A stretch of DNA of 64,000 bases from Candidatus Thorarchaeota archaeon (GTDB taxonomy: Archaea > Asgardarchaeota > Thorarchaeia > Thorarchaeales > Thorarchaeaceae), in contig JBHLRZ010000001.1 of the NCBI GenBank assembly GCA_048882045.1, positions 128,001-192,000 of the forward strand. Direction: 5' to 3'. Under the pieces are notes generated by a model that did not search any database, was not told the DNA's origin, and worked only from the letters and a program-made list of their open reading frames with translations. The position numbers were made by a program, and so were the translations under genes. This document shows positions 29,619-39,254 of the stretch, piece after piece (the stretch's first letter is position 1; each line of letters begins with the position of its first letter).

Positions 29619-30129
29619 CCTCCTCCAATTTCATGAGCTTGGTCTTGTCTAACATTTTCTTGGTGTCAGCAACATTCAGCTCAGGGACTGGATCAAGCTC
29701 GAGATCATCGCGTTCCCAGTCTGTGGGCTCATAGAGTCGACCAGTATCATATAGTGACTGACGGGCACCGATGTATCCCTGAGGTGTGATACCTTTCTTG
29801 AATGCCATGTTCTTCAGTCCGAAGAGGATGTCAGTGATATCTATTCCCTGTGGGCAGCGTTCCTGGCATGTATAGCAGGTTGTGCAGAGCCAGACCATGT
29901 CAGTTTCTAGAACTTCCTTCAGTCCAAACAGGAGCATCCTCATGACTTCATGGATTTGGATGTTCACCTTGTCTGAAACAGGGCATCCTGCACTACATTT
30001 TGCACACTGGAAACAGGCGGTGAGATCCTTACCCCCAATAAGGGAAGAAACCTCGTTGGTGAATTCAGCATCCAAGGCGTCGAACTTCTTTCCTTCAAAT
30101 GATTTGAAATTACCCCAAGACTCTGTCAT
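29611..30129 (-). CDS. hdrC: Heterodisulfide reductase subunit C (copy 1)
   Basis: CFQCAKCSAGCP and WLCTTCYTCQERCP. Confidence 0.93.
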   Translation of the reverse strand: MTESWGNFKSFEGKKFDALDAEFTNEVSSLIGGKDLTACFQCAKCSAGCPVSDKVNIQIHEVMRMLLFGLKEVLETDMVWLCTTCYTCQERCPQGIDITDILFGLKNMAFKKGITPQGYIGARQSLYDTGRLYEPTDWERDDLELDPVPELNVADTKKMLDKTKLMKLEEGE

Positions 30130-30131
30130 AC

Positions 30132-33100
30132 CTAGCGCCTCCTCTGTCTCAGTGGACTAGGACCAAGCTTGTCAGCCAGTTCTGCATACCTCCTGACCGT
30201 GTCAGCCCAGATCGATCCTTCACTCGCACTAATATGTGTGAACTGCAATCGGTCTGGTTCAAGTCCAGCTTTCTCGATAATCTTCTTTGCAATGGCAAAT
30301 CTACGTTCGAATGAGATGTTGCCATCAACATAGTGACAATCTCCAATATGGCAACCTGATATCCACACCATGTCAGCTCCAAGTCTAAAGGCTTCTAGAA
30401 TATGCTGGACCGACACCCTTCCGGTGCACATGACTCTGATGTCCCTGACGTTCGGAGGTTGCTGGAACCTCGATACACCAGCACTGTCAGCACCCGCATA
30501 TGAGCACCAGTTGCAGAGGATCGTCAATATTCGGGAATCTGTTGGAGGCATGTCAACCAACGCGGTTCTAATCTGAGTGAGGATCTGGTCGTCAGTGAAG
30601 TGTTTCATGGTGATTGCGCCAGCAGGGCAACCAGCACCGCATTTGCCACAGCCTTGGCAGAGGACGGGATTGGTTACAGCGTAGTCATGACTTCCGTCAC
30701 CCGGAACAACCTCGATGGCATTGTACGCACAGTTAATCTCACAGGTTCCGCAACCTACGCATATCTCAGGATCTACAACAGAAACGATGGCTTCAGCCTT
30801 TCGAATACCTCGAATGAGTGGTATTAGTGCCCTGGAGGCAGCAGCCTGGCCCTCAGCGATGGACTCACTGATGCTCTTTGGAGCTGTGGCAGCTCCTGCA
30901 ACGAACACTCCGTCAGTCTGGAAATCAACAGGGCGAAGTTTGGGATGAGCCTCCATGAAGAAGCCTGACAAGTTCAATGGGACCTTGAAGAGCTCTGAAA
31001 GCGACTTGTTCGGTCGAGGAATCATTGCAGTAGCCAGAACTGTGTGATCGACTTCCATGGTCAGTTCAGCACCGAGAACTTGATCCATCACTGTAATAGA
31101 GAGAGCTTTGTCTTTGCCCTTCTTGACCTCTGGTGGAGAGTCCTTATCGAACCTCACAAAGACTACACCTTTCTTTCGGGCTTCCCTGTATTTGTCTTCA
31201 GCATCATAGAAGACCCGTAGGTCTCGATAGAAATGGAACACTCTGGAATTGGGATACTTCTCAAGCAGTTCGAGAGAATGTTCCAATGCCACCATGCAGC
31301 AAATTCCGGAACACCAGGTTCGGGACCCCTCTATTGAAGCTTCTTCACGAGACCCTGCACAATGGATCACTGCAAAGGTTCCCCCATCAGCGAATCCTTC
31401 ATCTGCGATTCGGCTATTGAACTCAACTTCAGTCATGACCTCAGGTAGTTGCTTGAGTCCATAGAGACCTTTCTCCTCCAGTGCCTCAGCGCCAGTTGCT
31501 ACAATGACAACACCAACAGTCAGTTGTTCCTTCTTTTTCTCACTCTTTACAACAACCTCGAATTCACCAATTGACCCCTTAGCTTCAATGACCTCAGAGT
31601 TGAGCATGAGAGTTATGTTCTCTGCTTTGTTGATTCGATCTTCATAGTCAGCTATGATTTCTGAAGCAGGTCTATTGTCGAAGTTAACTGTCTTGAGCTC
31701 GTTGAGAAATCCACCGACCTTGTCTTGTTTCTCAACCAGATAGACCTGGAACCCTTTCTTTGCGATTGTATCAGCAGCCGCCATTCCTGCAACTCCTGCC
31801 CCAATCACAAGTACTGTGGGTTCAATCTGAGTGACTGCTTCCTCTTGTGCTTCAAGAAGTTTTGCTCTTGCTACTGACATCCGTACAAGATCCATGGCTT
31901 TCGATGTTGCTTCATCTTTGTCAGCCTGATGTACCCAAGAACAGTGTTCTCGAATATTGGCCAGCTCGAACAGGTACTTGTTCAGTCCCGCTTCTTCAAT
32001 AGTTTCTCTGAACAGGGGTTCATGGGTCCGTGGGGTGCATGAAGCAACGACCAATCTGTTGAGGTCATTCTCCTTGATGGCATCCTTGATTACGACTTGT
32101 GCATCGGATGAACAAGAGTAGAGTAGGTTTTCCGCATACACAACATTGGGAAGTGTGCGAGCATATTCGGTGACCTCTGCGACATCAACAGTACCAGCAA
32201 TGTTGATTCCACAGGAACAGATGACGACTCCTATCCTTGGTTCAGTTGCCATAAGCTCCAAATCTTCCTCAGTAAGAGCTTCGGTTTCTTCACCCTTTGG
32301 GATGACTATGTCCAGTGCTGCAAGTGCTGCAGCAGCACTCCCCTGAGCAACAGAATCAGGTATGTCCTTGGGCATATGGACAGCACCACACATGTGGACT
32401 CCAGGAACACCTGTTTCGGATATCATAAGCGAATTCGTATCGGGAATTACGAATCCGGATTCGTCTGTCTTGATTCCAAGCTGTTCGAATAGTCCATTAT
32501 CGTGAGAGGGAACCATGGCTGGACAGAGTACAACAAGGTCGTACGTATCTACAAGAACATCATGGCCCTTTGCGTCACTATGACGGACAATGAGGTTCCC
32601 AGTTCCATATTCCGCCTGAATCTCACTGGGAAGTCCCTTCACATAGTTAATCGCATACTCAGTTTCTCCTCTGACTAGGAACTCTTCAAATCCTTTCCCG
32701 AAGACTCTCATGTCATTGTATAGAATGTCAATGTGTACATCCGGAGTGTGTTCCTTTGTTATTATTGCCTCTTTCGTGGCATAGGTACAGCAAATCTTTG
32801 AACAGTATGAACAATGATTGACATCACGTGAACCGACACACTGGATGAATGCAATCTTGTGTGGTTCACGACCGTCTGATGGACGCATTACAACTCCTTC
32901 AGTTGGTCCACTTGCTGAAACCATTCTCTCGTACTCTAACGCACTGACAACATTGGGGAAACGACCGTACCCATACTCTGAGACTGTCGATGGGTCAAGT
33001 AAATCATATCCTGTAGCGATAATGATTGAACCAGCATTGATCACATAGTTCTCATCCTTAATATCAAAAAGGATGGCCTCAGCCTTGCAAGTCTTTACGC

Positions 33101-33581
33101 AGGTCATGCACTCGATACAGTTCTCCATGTCAATAGTAGCAATGTTAGGCACTGCCTGCGGAAATGGAATGTAGGCCGCCTTTCGCATCTTTAATCCGAG
33201 GTCGTATTCGTTAGGTACCTCAATTGGACAGACTCTTTGGCAGTCACCACATCCAGTGCATTTGTCAGCATCCACTCTCCGAGTTTGCTTCAGAACCTTA
33301 ACCTGGAAGTCACCTACACTACCTGTGATTTCAGTGACCTCTGAGTAGCTCAGAATCTCAATATGCGGGTGGCGAGAGCAGTCAACCATCCATGGTCCTT
33401 GAATACACATACTACAATCCAGAGTTGGAAATGTCTTGTCCAGCTGAGACATGTGTCCTCCAATGGACGGATTCTTCTCAACCAGGTATACCTGAACGCC
33501 CATATCAGCTAAATCAAGTGCAGCACGCATTCCTGCGATTCCTGCACCAATGATAACGACTGGCTTTGTTGCTCCTGTCAT
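30132..33581 (-). CDS. hdrA: Double-module HdrA fused to C-terminal MvhD
   Basis: DKTFPTLDCSMC, two FAD modules and ferredoxins, then MvhD motifs CNWCSY, RVMCTGR and GCHIGDCHY. Confidence 0.94.
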   Translation of the reverse strand: MTGATKPVVIIGAGIAGMRAALDLADMGVQVYLVEKNPSIGGHMSQLDKTFPTLDCSMCIQGPWMVDCSRHPHIEILSYSEVTEITGSVGDFQVKVLKQTRRVDADKCTGCGDCQRVCPIEVPNEYDLGLKMRKAAYIPFPQAVPNIATIDMENCIECMTCVKTCKAEAILFDIKDENYVINAGSIIIATGYDLLDPSTVSEYGYGRFPNVVSALEYERMVSASGPTEGVVMRPSDGREPHKIAFIQCVGSRDVNHCSYCSKICCTYATKEAIITKEHTPDVHIDILYNDMRVFGKGFEEFLVRGETEYAINYVKGLPSEIQAEYGTGNLIVRHSDAKGHDVLVDTYDLVVLCPAMVPSHDNGLFEQLGIKTDESGFVIPDTNSLMISETGVPGVHMCGAVHMPKDIPDSVAQGSAAAALAALDIVIPKGEETEALTEEDLELMATEPRIGVVICSCGINIAGTVDVAEVTEYARTLPNVVYAENLLYSCSSDAQVVIKDAIKENDLNRLVVASCTPRTHEPLFRETIEEAGLNKYLFELANIREHCSWVHQADKDEATSKAMDLVRMSVARAKLLEAQEEAVTQIEPTVLVIGAGVAGMAAADTIAKKGFQVYLVEKQDKVGGFLNELKTVNFDNRPASEIIADYEDRINKAENITLMLNSEVIEAKGSIGEFEVVVKSEKKKEQLTVGVVIVATGAEALEEKGLYGLKQLPEVMTEVEFNSRIADEGFADGGTFAVIHCAGSREEASIEGSRTWCSGICCMVALEHSLELLEKYPNSRVFHFYRDLRVFYDAEDKYREARKKGVVFVRFDKDSPPEVKKGKDKALSITVMDQVLGAELTMEVDHTVLATAMIPRPNKSLSELFKVPLNLSGFFMEAHPKLRPVDFQTDGVFVAGAATAPKSISESIAEGQAAASRALIPLIRGIRKAEAIVSVVDPEICVGCGTCEINCAYNAIEVVPGDGSHDYAVTNPVLCQGCGKCGAGCPAGAITMKHFTDDQILTQIRTALVDMPPTDSRILTILCNWCSYAGADSAGVSRFQQPPNVRDIRVMCTGRVSVQHILEAFRLGADMVWISGCHIGDCHYVDGNISFERRFAIAKKIIEKAGLEPDRLQFTHISASEGSIWADTVRRYAELADKLGPSPLRQRRR

Positions 33582-33681
33582 TCATGAGTACACTCCGAAG
33601 GAGATGCTAACGGCGAATCAAATTGGAGGATAAAATGTTTGCCTTCTAAACGTCAATGATGATGCACAGCTACAACAAAGA

Positions 33682-33698
33682 AATTAACGCAGTTAATT
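33682..33698. promoter_or_regulatory. Palindrome upstream of hdrA-mvhD
   Basis: AATTAAC-gca-GTTAATT. Confidence 0.45.
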
Positions 33699-33754
33699 GG
33701 AAGAAATGTCAGTATATTGGTGGTTCGGAGAGAGGTCTAATAGATCCAACCATA

Positions 33755-34279
33755 CTATTCTCTGAATAATTCCATGTAATGTGTATCTGCGTACTTTCCA
33801 CCCATGTAGTATTTTTGATGAGCGGTGCCATAGAGTTTGAATCCAAGCTTCTCATAGACATGTTTAGCACGAGGATTGTGAGAGTGAACACTCAATTCCA
33901 TGCGTTTCATGTTCAGATGAGTCCAACCAAAGTCAATCAGTAATTGAAGCGCCTCAGTCCCATATCCTTGATTCCAATTCTTCTTGGGATAAATTGCAAT
34001 ACCAAGGACACAGGTACGTGAAAGCCAGTCGATATCATGAAGTCCAAGAGAACCAATCATTTCTCCTTCTGGTAATTTCTCAAGAGCAAAAGTAAATTCT
34101 ATGCGTCTCTTCATTTTATCTTCAACTGCTTCAATCCATTCTCTCTCAGCATTGCGAGTGACTGGAAGAAATCCACCAAGAAAGAGTCGCATCTCAGGAT
34201 CATTGAAGTGTTCCATTATGAAGTCGAGATGTTTATCCACTTCTAACGGAACAAGCCTAACCTTCTCTCCATTAATCAT
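33755..34279 (-). CDS. GNAT acetyltransferase (RimJ/RimL type)
   Basis: NWNQGYGTEA and HNPRAKHVYEKLGF. Confidence 0.9.
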   Translation of the reverse strand: MINGEKVRLVPLEVDKHLDFIMEHFNDPEMRLFLGGFLPVTRNAEREWIEAVEDKMKRRIEFTFALEKLPEGEMIGSLGLHDIDWLSRTCVLGIAIYPKKNWNQGYGTEALQLLIDFGWTHLNMKRMELSVHSHNPRAKHVYEKLGFKLYGTAHQKYYMGGKYADTHYMELFRE

Positions 34280-34413
34280 TTTGAAAACCTAGATTCTGAC
34301 CGAACTGATTCGTTAAGAATGTTAAGGACTACTTCATATTATCAAAGGGCAAACGAGCTTATCGAAAGTTCCTAATCTGATTTGCTAACATTCAAACATA
34401 ATCAGAGTTCAAT

Positions 34414-34953
34414 TTGATAGAGGTGTACAATGTGCTTGTGGGCACCAAAATCCAGCTAGTACCAATCGAGGAGCCGCATCTCGATTACATGATGGAACAT
34501 GTCAATAATATCGAGATGAGAATTCTGTTAGGAATCTTCATGCCAACCACCCGGAATATGCAAAGGGAGTGGATCAACTCTCTAGGTGAACAGATTAGTA
34601 AAAGACAAGCATTCCATCTTGCCATCGAGAAGATTCCTGAGGCAAAGATGATTGGATCCTTAGTCGTGCATGAGATTGATTGGCTCTCCAGGTCAGGGGA
34701 ACTCGCGATTGCAGTCTATGAAGAAAAGAATTGGAACAAGGGCTATGGAAGCGAAGCAATGAGTTTGTTAATTGATTTTGCATGGATTCACTTGAATTTG
34801 CGACGGCTTGAACTAGCTGTGCATTCCCATAATCCGCGAGCCAAACATGTTTATGAGAAAATTGGGTTCAAGCATTATGGCACAGCTCACGAGAAGTACT
34901 ATATTAATGGACAATTTGTCGACACTGACTATCTGGAACTATTTAGGGATTGA
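34414..34953 (+). CDS. GNAT acetyltransferase (RimJ/RimL type), paralog of the preceding gene
   Basis: NWNKGYGSEA and HNPRAKHVYEKIGF. Confidence 0.9.
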   Translation: MIEVYNVLVGTKIQLVPIEEPHLDYMMEHVNNIEMRILLGIFMPTTRNMQREWINSLGEQISKRQAFHLAIEKIPEAKMIGSLVVHEIDWLSRSGELAIAVYEEKNWNKGYGSEAMSLLIDFAWIHLNLRRLELAVHSHNPRAKHVYEKIGFKHYGTAHEKYYINGQFVDTDYLELFRD

Positions 34954-35321
34954 CATATTTTGATCAGTGAATGGCGCCAATCCATGAAAGTAAACTATTG
35001 CTAATGCATGAACTTAATATTACCCTGGCAACGTCCTGAAAATATGAAGGCAACTAGGCTCTATACTCGAGCTTATCTCACACGAATAAAGTATCGGGGG
35101 GACTATCCACGCACAGACGACCTCAGCAAAGTTGAGGTGGTCGACTTTTCCAGACCGGTAACTGCCCATTCGAGCTGACTTTTCCCCAAAGTTGCATTCG
35201 GTTGAATGATTATAGCGAATTATTCTGAAGTATCTTAAAGTATCAAACGCAAAAAGGAACGTTATGGGGTCTTCTCTGAACCTAGGCAGTGTAGTATCTT
35301 CAATGGTCATTATATATAGAA

Positions 35322-36590
35322 ATGAGAAGTGTTCTTTTGGTGAATTACTACTTGAAGCACAAAGCTCTGTTTGGAAAGGCTTTGCTCTTTGCTTTGCTTT
35401 TCTTACTAGTTTCATCAGTCGCCAGAGTGAATGCGTTCACAACAAGCGAAGATGATAGCACGCCCACGGAGACTGAACCACCTCATGATGACGACTCACA
35501 TGAAATCGAGGAGCAACGTGATCAGGATGGTACAGCTTGGATCGAAACAGATGTAGTTACCGTGATGTTGAATCCGCACTTACCATCATATCAATACTGG
35601 TTCACTCCTGATGAGAATGGCAGTCTTGCAAGGTTCATGGTTAATTTCATGATGATTGTAGAGTTCGAGGATTACAATGGAGATGGTGTATATCAACCAA
35701 ATGAAACCATAGCCTTCGCTCCCTTGGACGCATTTGAGTGGATCCTGAAGACAGGTACTATCACAAAGGAAGACGGTAGCACGAAAGAAGTCTATGCATC
35801 ATACACAAAGGGTGGTCTAAGTTACGATTGGGAAGACGACTGGTTTAAGGATTGGATACCCGGGTGGGATGCACATGAAGATCCTCCAACTCTTCTAGCA
35901 ACGGGAGAACAGGAAAACGACACCTTTGCCCACTTCGCTGAGATGACACTACAATTCTATGGACACATCTACGCTGACAACCAAACCGAACAAGTGATTG
36001 ACGATGGAGGAGTCCAGGCAGAATACACAGTTGAAGGCGGAGCAGAGCTAAAAGTCGATATAGAGATTGGCAACTTCCCGTTCGTTTCAGAAACATCCAA
36101 GGTAGCTGTGTTAAACTATCTCAAAGAGGACGTTGCCTCTAGTGACGATGTGAATCACTACTTCACACTTCATGAAGAATCAGGCGATGACAATCATGAG
36201 TCTGAAATCGAGATGGAAGATTTCGGTGAGGAGTTCGAGAATGTTCTCAATGATGATGTGCAAGAGATTTCATTCGTGGACGAGGGCACAGATGTAACTC
36301 AAGGATTCTATCGTTGGGTTGACAAAGCACTGGTTACGAGTCTGGAGGGTGCAAAGGACGCAGTTGATGTACAGGCTTCATATTGGACGGATGGTCAAGG
36401 TTTGCTCCTTTTCCTTGCTTATCCAAACTTCGACGGTGGCTCTTTGATCCATGACCCATCAGTACGCCTTATTGAGAGCGCGTCGCCTTATATTCCACCT
36501 ACGCCATTTAATATACCAGTCATGACTGTAGCTGTAGGATCTTCGGTCATTATCCTCGCAGCTATCGGTCTGACTCTAAAACGCCGCTGA
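35322..36590 (+). CDS. Acidic cell-surface protein with signal peptide and C-terminal TM anchor
   Basis: Signal peptide, Ca-binding-like DYNGDGVY, LIHDPS near the C-terminus, TM followed by KRR. Confidence 0.75.
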   Translation: MRSVLLVNYYLKHKALFGKALLFALLFLLVSSVARVNAFTTSEDDSTPTETEPPHDDDSHEIEEQRDQDGTAWIETDVVTVMLNPHLPSYQYWFTPDENGSLARFMVNFMMIVEFEDYNGDGVYQPNETIAFAPLDAFEWILKTGTITKEDGSTKEVYASYTKGGLSYDWEDDWFKDWIPGWDAHEDPPTLLATGEQENDTFAHFAEMTLQFYGHIYADNQTEQVIDDGGVQAEYTVEGGAELKVDIEIGNFPFVSETSKVAVLNYLKEDVASSDDVNHYFTLHEESGDDNHESEIEMEDFGEEFENVLNDDVQEISFVDEGTDVTQGFYRWVDKALVTSLEGAKDAVDVQASYWTDGQGLLLFLAYPNFDGGSLIHDPSVRLIESASPYIPPTPFNIPVMTVAVGSSVIILAAIGLTLKRR

Positions 36591-36597
36591 GATCTTA

Positions 36598-36630
36598 GGA
36601 GGGAGAAACCTCCCTCCGCCACTTTTCCTC
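36598..36630 (+). terminator. GC-rich hairpin after the surface protein gene
   Basis: GGAGGGAG-aaac-CTCCCTCC then acttttcc. Confidence 0.55.
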
Positions 36631-36674
36631 TCATTCAACCGGAGAGTTCTTAGAGAGAAACAAACACCAAGAAT

Positions 36675-37688
36675 GTGGTCCAAATGGTTGGAAGCAAGCA
36701 TTCATACCTTGTAGTCGGGGTCCTAATTGTTGGATTACTTTTAGGACCTGCAATCATCCAGGCAGATGGACAGGCAGGTTCTCAAGACATTATCATGTCC
36801 AACATGTATGTAACAGCAACAATGGATTCAGAGTGCACAACCTCACTTGTCATTTATTCTGAGGTGAAATACAGAGGCTCTGCACAGATTGACTACTTCG
36901 ATCTGAGGATTGATGTAAGAGGACTCAATGTGAGTGGAGCCAGCCTAAATGGGACTAGTGTTGCAACAACGATCATACCAGAGAGCAATTACAATCTGCT
37001 CAGAGTTATGTCAACATCTCCAATGACAAACGGCACATTGGTCAACCTCAATCTTAATCTGACAACAGACTGTCTTCAAGAACAGATAGGACTCAATGAT
37101 GACGAAACAATGTATGTCAACCATCTCATTTACTATATCAGACCGCTTTATGAAGTTCGAAATCTGACATTCACTGCCATCCTTCCGATTCATTCAATTT
37201 TGCAGTCAGACGCCGTTGCTCCGTTGTATCCTAATCCTACAATGAACTTCACTGATGGTTATAGTCCAGTGTATGTTTGGTATAGAAACCAAATGTATCC
37301 AGGTCAAGAGGTAGTATTCATAATAAGATACCAACTACCCGCAGCTATCATCCAAGATCCACCTTCACCACTCAATTCGTTGGTGTTTGGTGCTCTGGCA
37401 TTCATTATCGGAGCTGCTGCAGTCCTCTTCATAGAACGAATTCCAATGATGATTAAGAAGCTGCAATCAAGAACAATAATTGCTCCAATTCGACTCTCAA
37501 AACAGGAGGAGCAAGTCCTTGACTTTCTATCGAAAAAAGGTGGGTCAAGTCCTCAGAGGGAAATCTATGAGGAATTAGATATGTCTCAATCCTTAGCAAG
37601 TACTGTACTTACATCATTGGAAGAAAGAAAACTAATCAAGCGCTTTAGAGAGGGGAGGGAGAATATAGTTCACTTGATGGAAGAGTGA
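36675..37688 (+). CDS. Single-pass membrane protein with extracellular domain and cytoplasmic winged-helix (COG2512-like)
   Basis: Signal peptide, beta-rich ectodomain, TM, then EEQVLDFL..KGG..QREI..SQS..LEERKLIKR..GREN. Confidence 0.8.
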   Translation: MVQMVGSKHSYLVVGVLIVGLLLGPAIIQADGQAGSQDIIMSNMYVTATMDSECTTSLVIYSEVKYRGSAQIDYFDLRIDVRGLNVSGASLNGTSVATTIIPESNYNLLRVMSTSPMTNGTLVNLNLNLTTDCLQEQIGLNDDETMYVNHLIYYIRPLYEVRNLTFTAILPIHSILQSDAVAPLYPNPTMNFTDGYSPVYVWYRNQMYPGQEVVFIIRYQLPAAIIQDPPSPLNSLVFGALAFIIGAAAVLFIERIPMMIKKLQSRTIIAPIRLSKQEEQVLDFLSKKGGSSPQREIYEELDMSQSLASTVLTSLEERKLIKRFREGRENIVHLMEE

Positions 37689-37690
37689 AC

Positions 37691-38611
37691 CTATGCCTTA
37701 GCTTCTATGCCCAATCTCTTCCAATTTGGAGCGTTCTTCCTCTGCATATATTGCAAGTGAGTCGTGAGTCCAAACTCCTCAGGTTCATGACCAAATGCGA
37801 GAGCTAGGAGTTCAGCGATATGAAGGACATCAAAGTGGTACTCTGCCTCGAAATAATTCTGGATTTCTACCTGACCCATATCCAGTTGCAATTCGCAGAA
37901 TGGACACGGAGTGACTATGATGTCTGCGCCTCCTGCTTCAAGAAGACTGTCAAACTTTTGTCTTGTGAAATCTAATGCAGTCTTGACATCTGCAGTTCGA
38001 ACTGCTCCACCAGCACCACAACAAATCAGTTCGTCTTTGTAAGGGACATATTCTGCTCCAGAGGTTTCACATAGGTCTCTGAAGATGTGTGGTCGTTCAG
38101 AGTCGTCTTTCTGCTTGACATGTTTGGGGCGCATCCAATGGCATCCTGGATGGAGAGCCATTCTTACACCTTTGAATGGACGGGTGACACGTTTTCTGAT
38201 CTTCTCAAGACCAATAGAAGAGTACAGCGCATCGACATAGTGCCAGACTTCAATGGTGCCCTTCCACTCACGACCGATTTCAGCCAGATTTTCATTTACA
38301 GCAGCTCGGAGCTCATCGTCATGTTTCAGCTCATGGTTAGCGTCCCAAAGACTAGCAAAGCATCCATTGCAACCAGTTGTAATTGGATGGCCTCCAGCCT
38401 CAGCGATGGTTAGGTTTCGAGCTGCGATAGTTGCCCACGTAACTCTATCGAAGGACCCGAAGACACCAGGAGCTGGACAACATGTGGCTCCTTCCATGTC
38501 GAGAAGATCCACACCTAAGTCCTTGAAGACCAGTTTTACTGCACTCTCAACACTTGGATATCTATGGGGTATGATGCAACCGAGGAAGTGATAGAATGAC
38601 TGCTTTGCCAT
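37691..38611 (-). CDS. hdrB: Heterodisulfide reductase subunit B (copy 2)
   Basis: FLGC, CCPAPG, GCNGC, HPGCH, CCGAGG and PCPFC. Confidence 0.94.
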   Translation of the reverse strand: MAKQSFYHFLGCIIPHRYPSVESAVKLVFKDLGVDLLDMEGATCCPAPGVFGSFDRVTWATIAARNLTIAEAGGHPITTGCNGCFASLWDANHELKHDDELRAAVNENLAEIGREWKGTIEVWHYVDALYSSIGLEKIRKRVTRPFKGVRMALHPGCHWMRPKHVKQKDDSERPHIFRDLCETSGAEYVPYKDELICCGAGGAVRTADVKTALDFTRQKFDSLLEAGGADIIVTPCPFCELQLDMGQVEIQNYFEAEYHFDVLHIAELLALAFGHEPEEFGLTTHLQYMQRKNAPNWKRLGIEAKA

Positions 38612-38613
38612 GA

Positions 38614-39168
38614 TTACTCCTCCTTCTTCTCCTCTTTCTCCTCGACCAGTTTGTCAAATCCCGTCTTCTTCGCAATCTTCCTGATTTCTTCGATTGCCTC
38701 AGGAAATCTGCTAGCATTTGGTGGAACTCTTTCAACACCGACCTTCTCTCGGAGGTTTTCCCAGGATTCCTTGTCCAGAGGAACTGCATGACCAGCTTCA
38801 AGCACCTTTAGGGCAGTCTTTTGGTGCGGGACTAGCATGTAACCCTCTGCGACGGCAACATTCCTGATTGCCTTGATGACGTCAGTGGGCTTCACGTCTT
38901 GTGGGCATCTGTCCGTACAGGTATAACAGGTCGTACACATCCAGAGTTCCGGCGAGGAGATGCATTGTTCTTTCATGCCTAATAGTGCCTTTCGAATGAT
39001 ACCTCGAACCAGATAATTGGTACGTGCTCCAGCTGGACAACTTCCACTGCAGGTTCCACACTGATAGCAGCTTTGAATGTTTGGACCACCAGTCTTCTTA
39101 ATCATCTGAACGAAAGAGTCGTCAGGGGTGTCTATCACTATTGCTGTTTTTTCCTCGGCACTTGTCAA
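38614..39168 (-). CDS. hdrC: Heterodisulfide reductase subunit C (copy 2)
   Basis: CYQCGTCSGSCP, WMCTTCYTCTDRCP and GHAVP. Confidence 0.94.
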   Translation of the reverse strand: MTSAEEKTAIVIDTPDDSFVQMIKKTGGPNIQSCYQCGTCSGSCPAGARTNYLVRGIIRKALLGMKEQCISSPELWMCTTCYTCTDRCPQDVKPTDVIKAIRNVAVAEGYMLVPHQKTALKVLEAGHAVPLDKESWENLREKVGVERVPPNASRFPEAIEEIRKIAKKTGFDKLVEEKEEKKEE

Positions 39169-39254
39169 GATTTCACACCGACTGCGAGGTGGAATTTATT
39201 TCCACTCTTAAATTCATTGCCAAAAGGCCGTTAAGTTCATTCGTCTTTAGATGA

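Noticed and set aside
35020-35415. 131-aa minus-strand ORF
   Set aside because: No motifs, and it overlaps the start of the surface-protein gene; treated as spurious.
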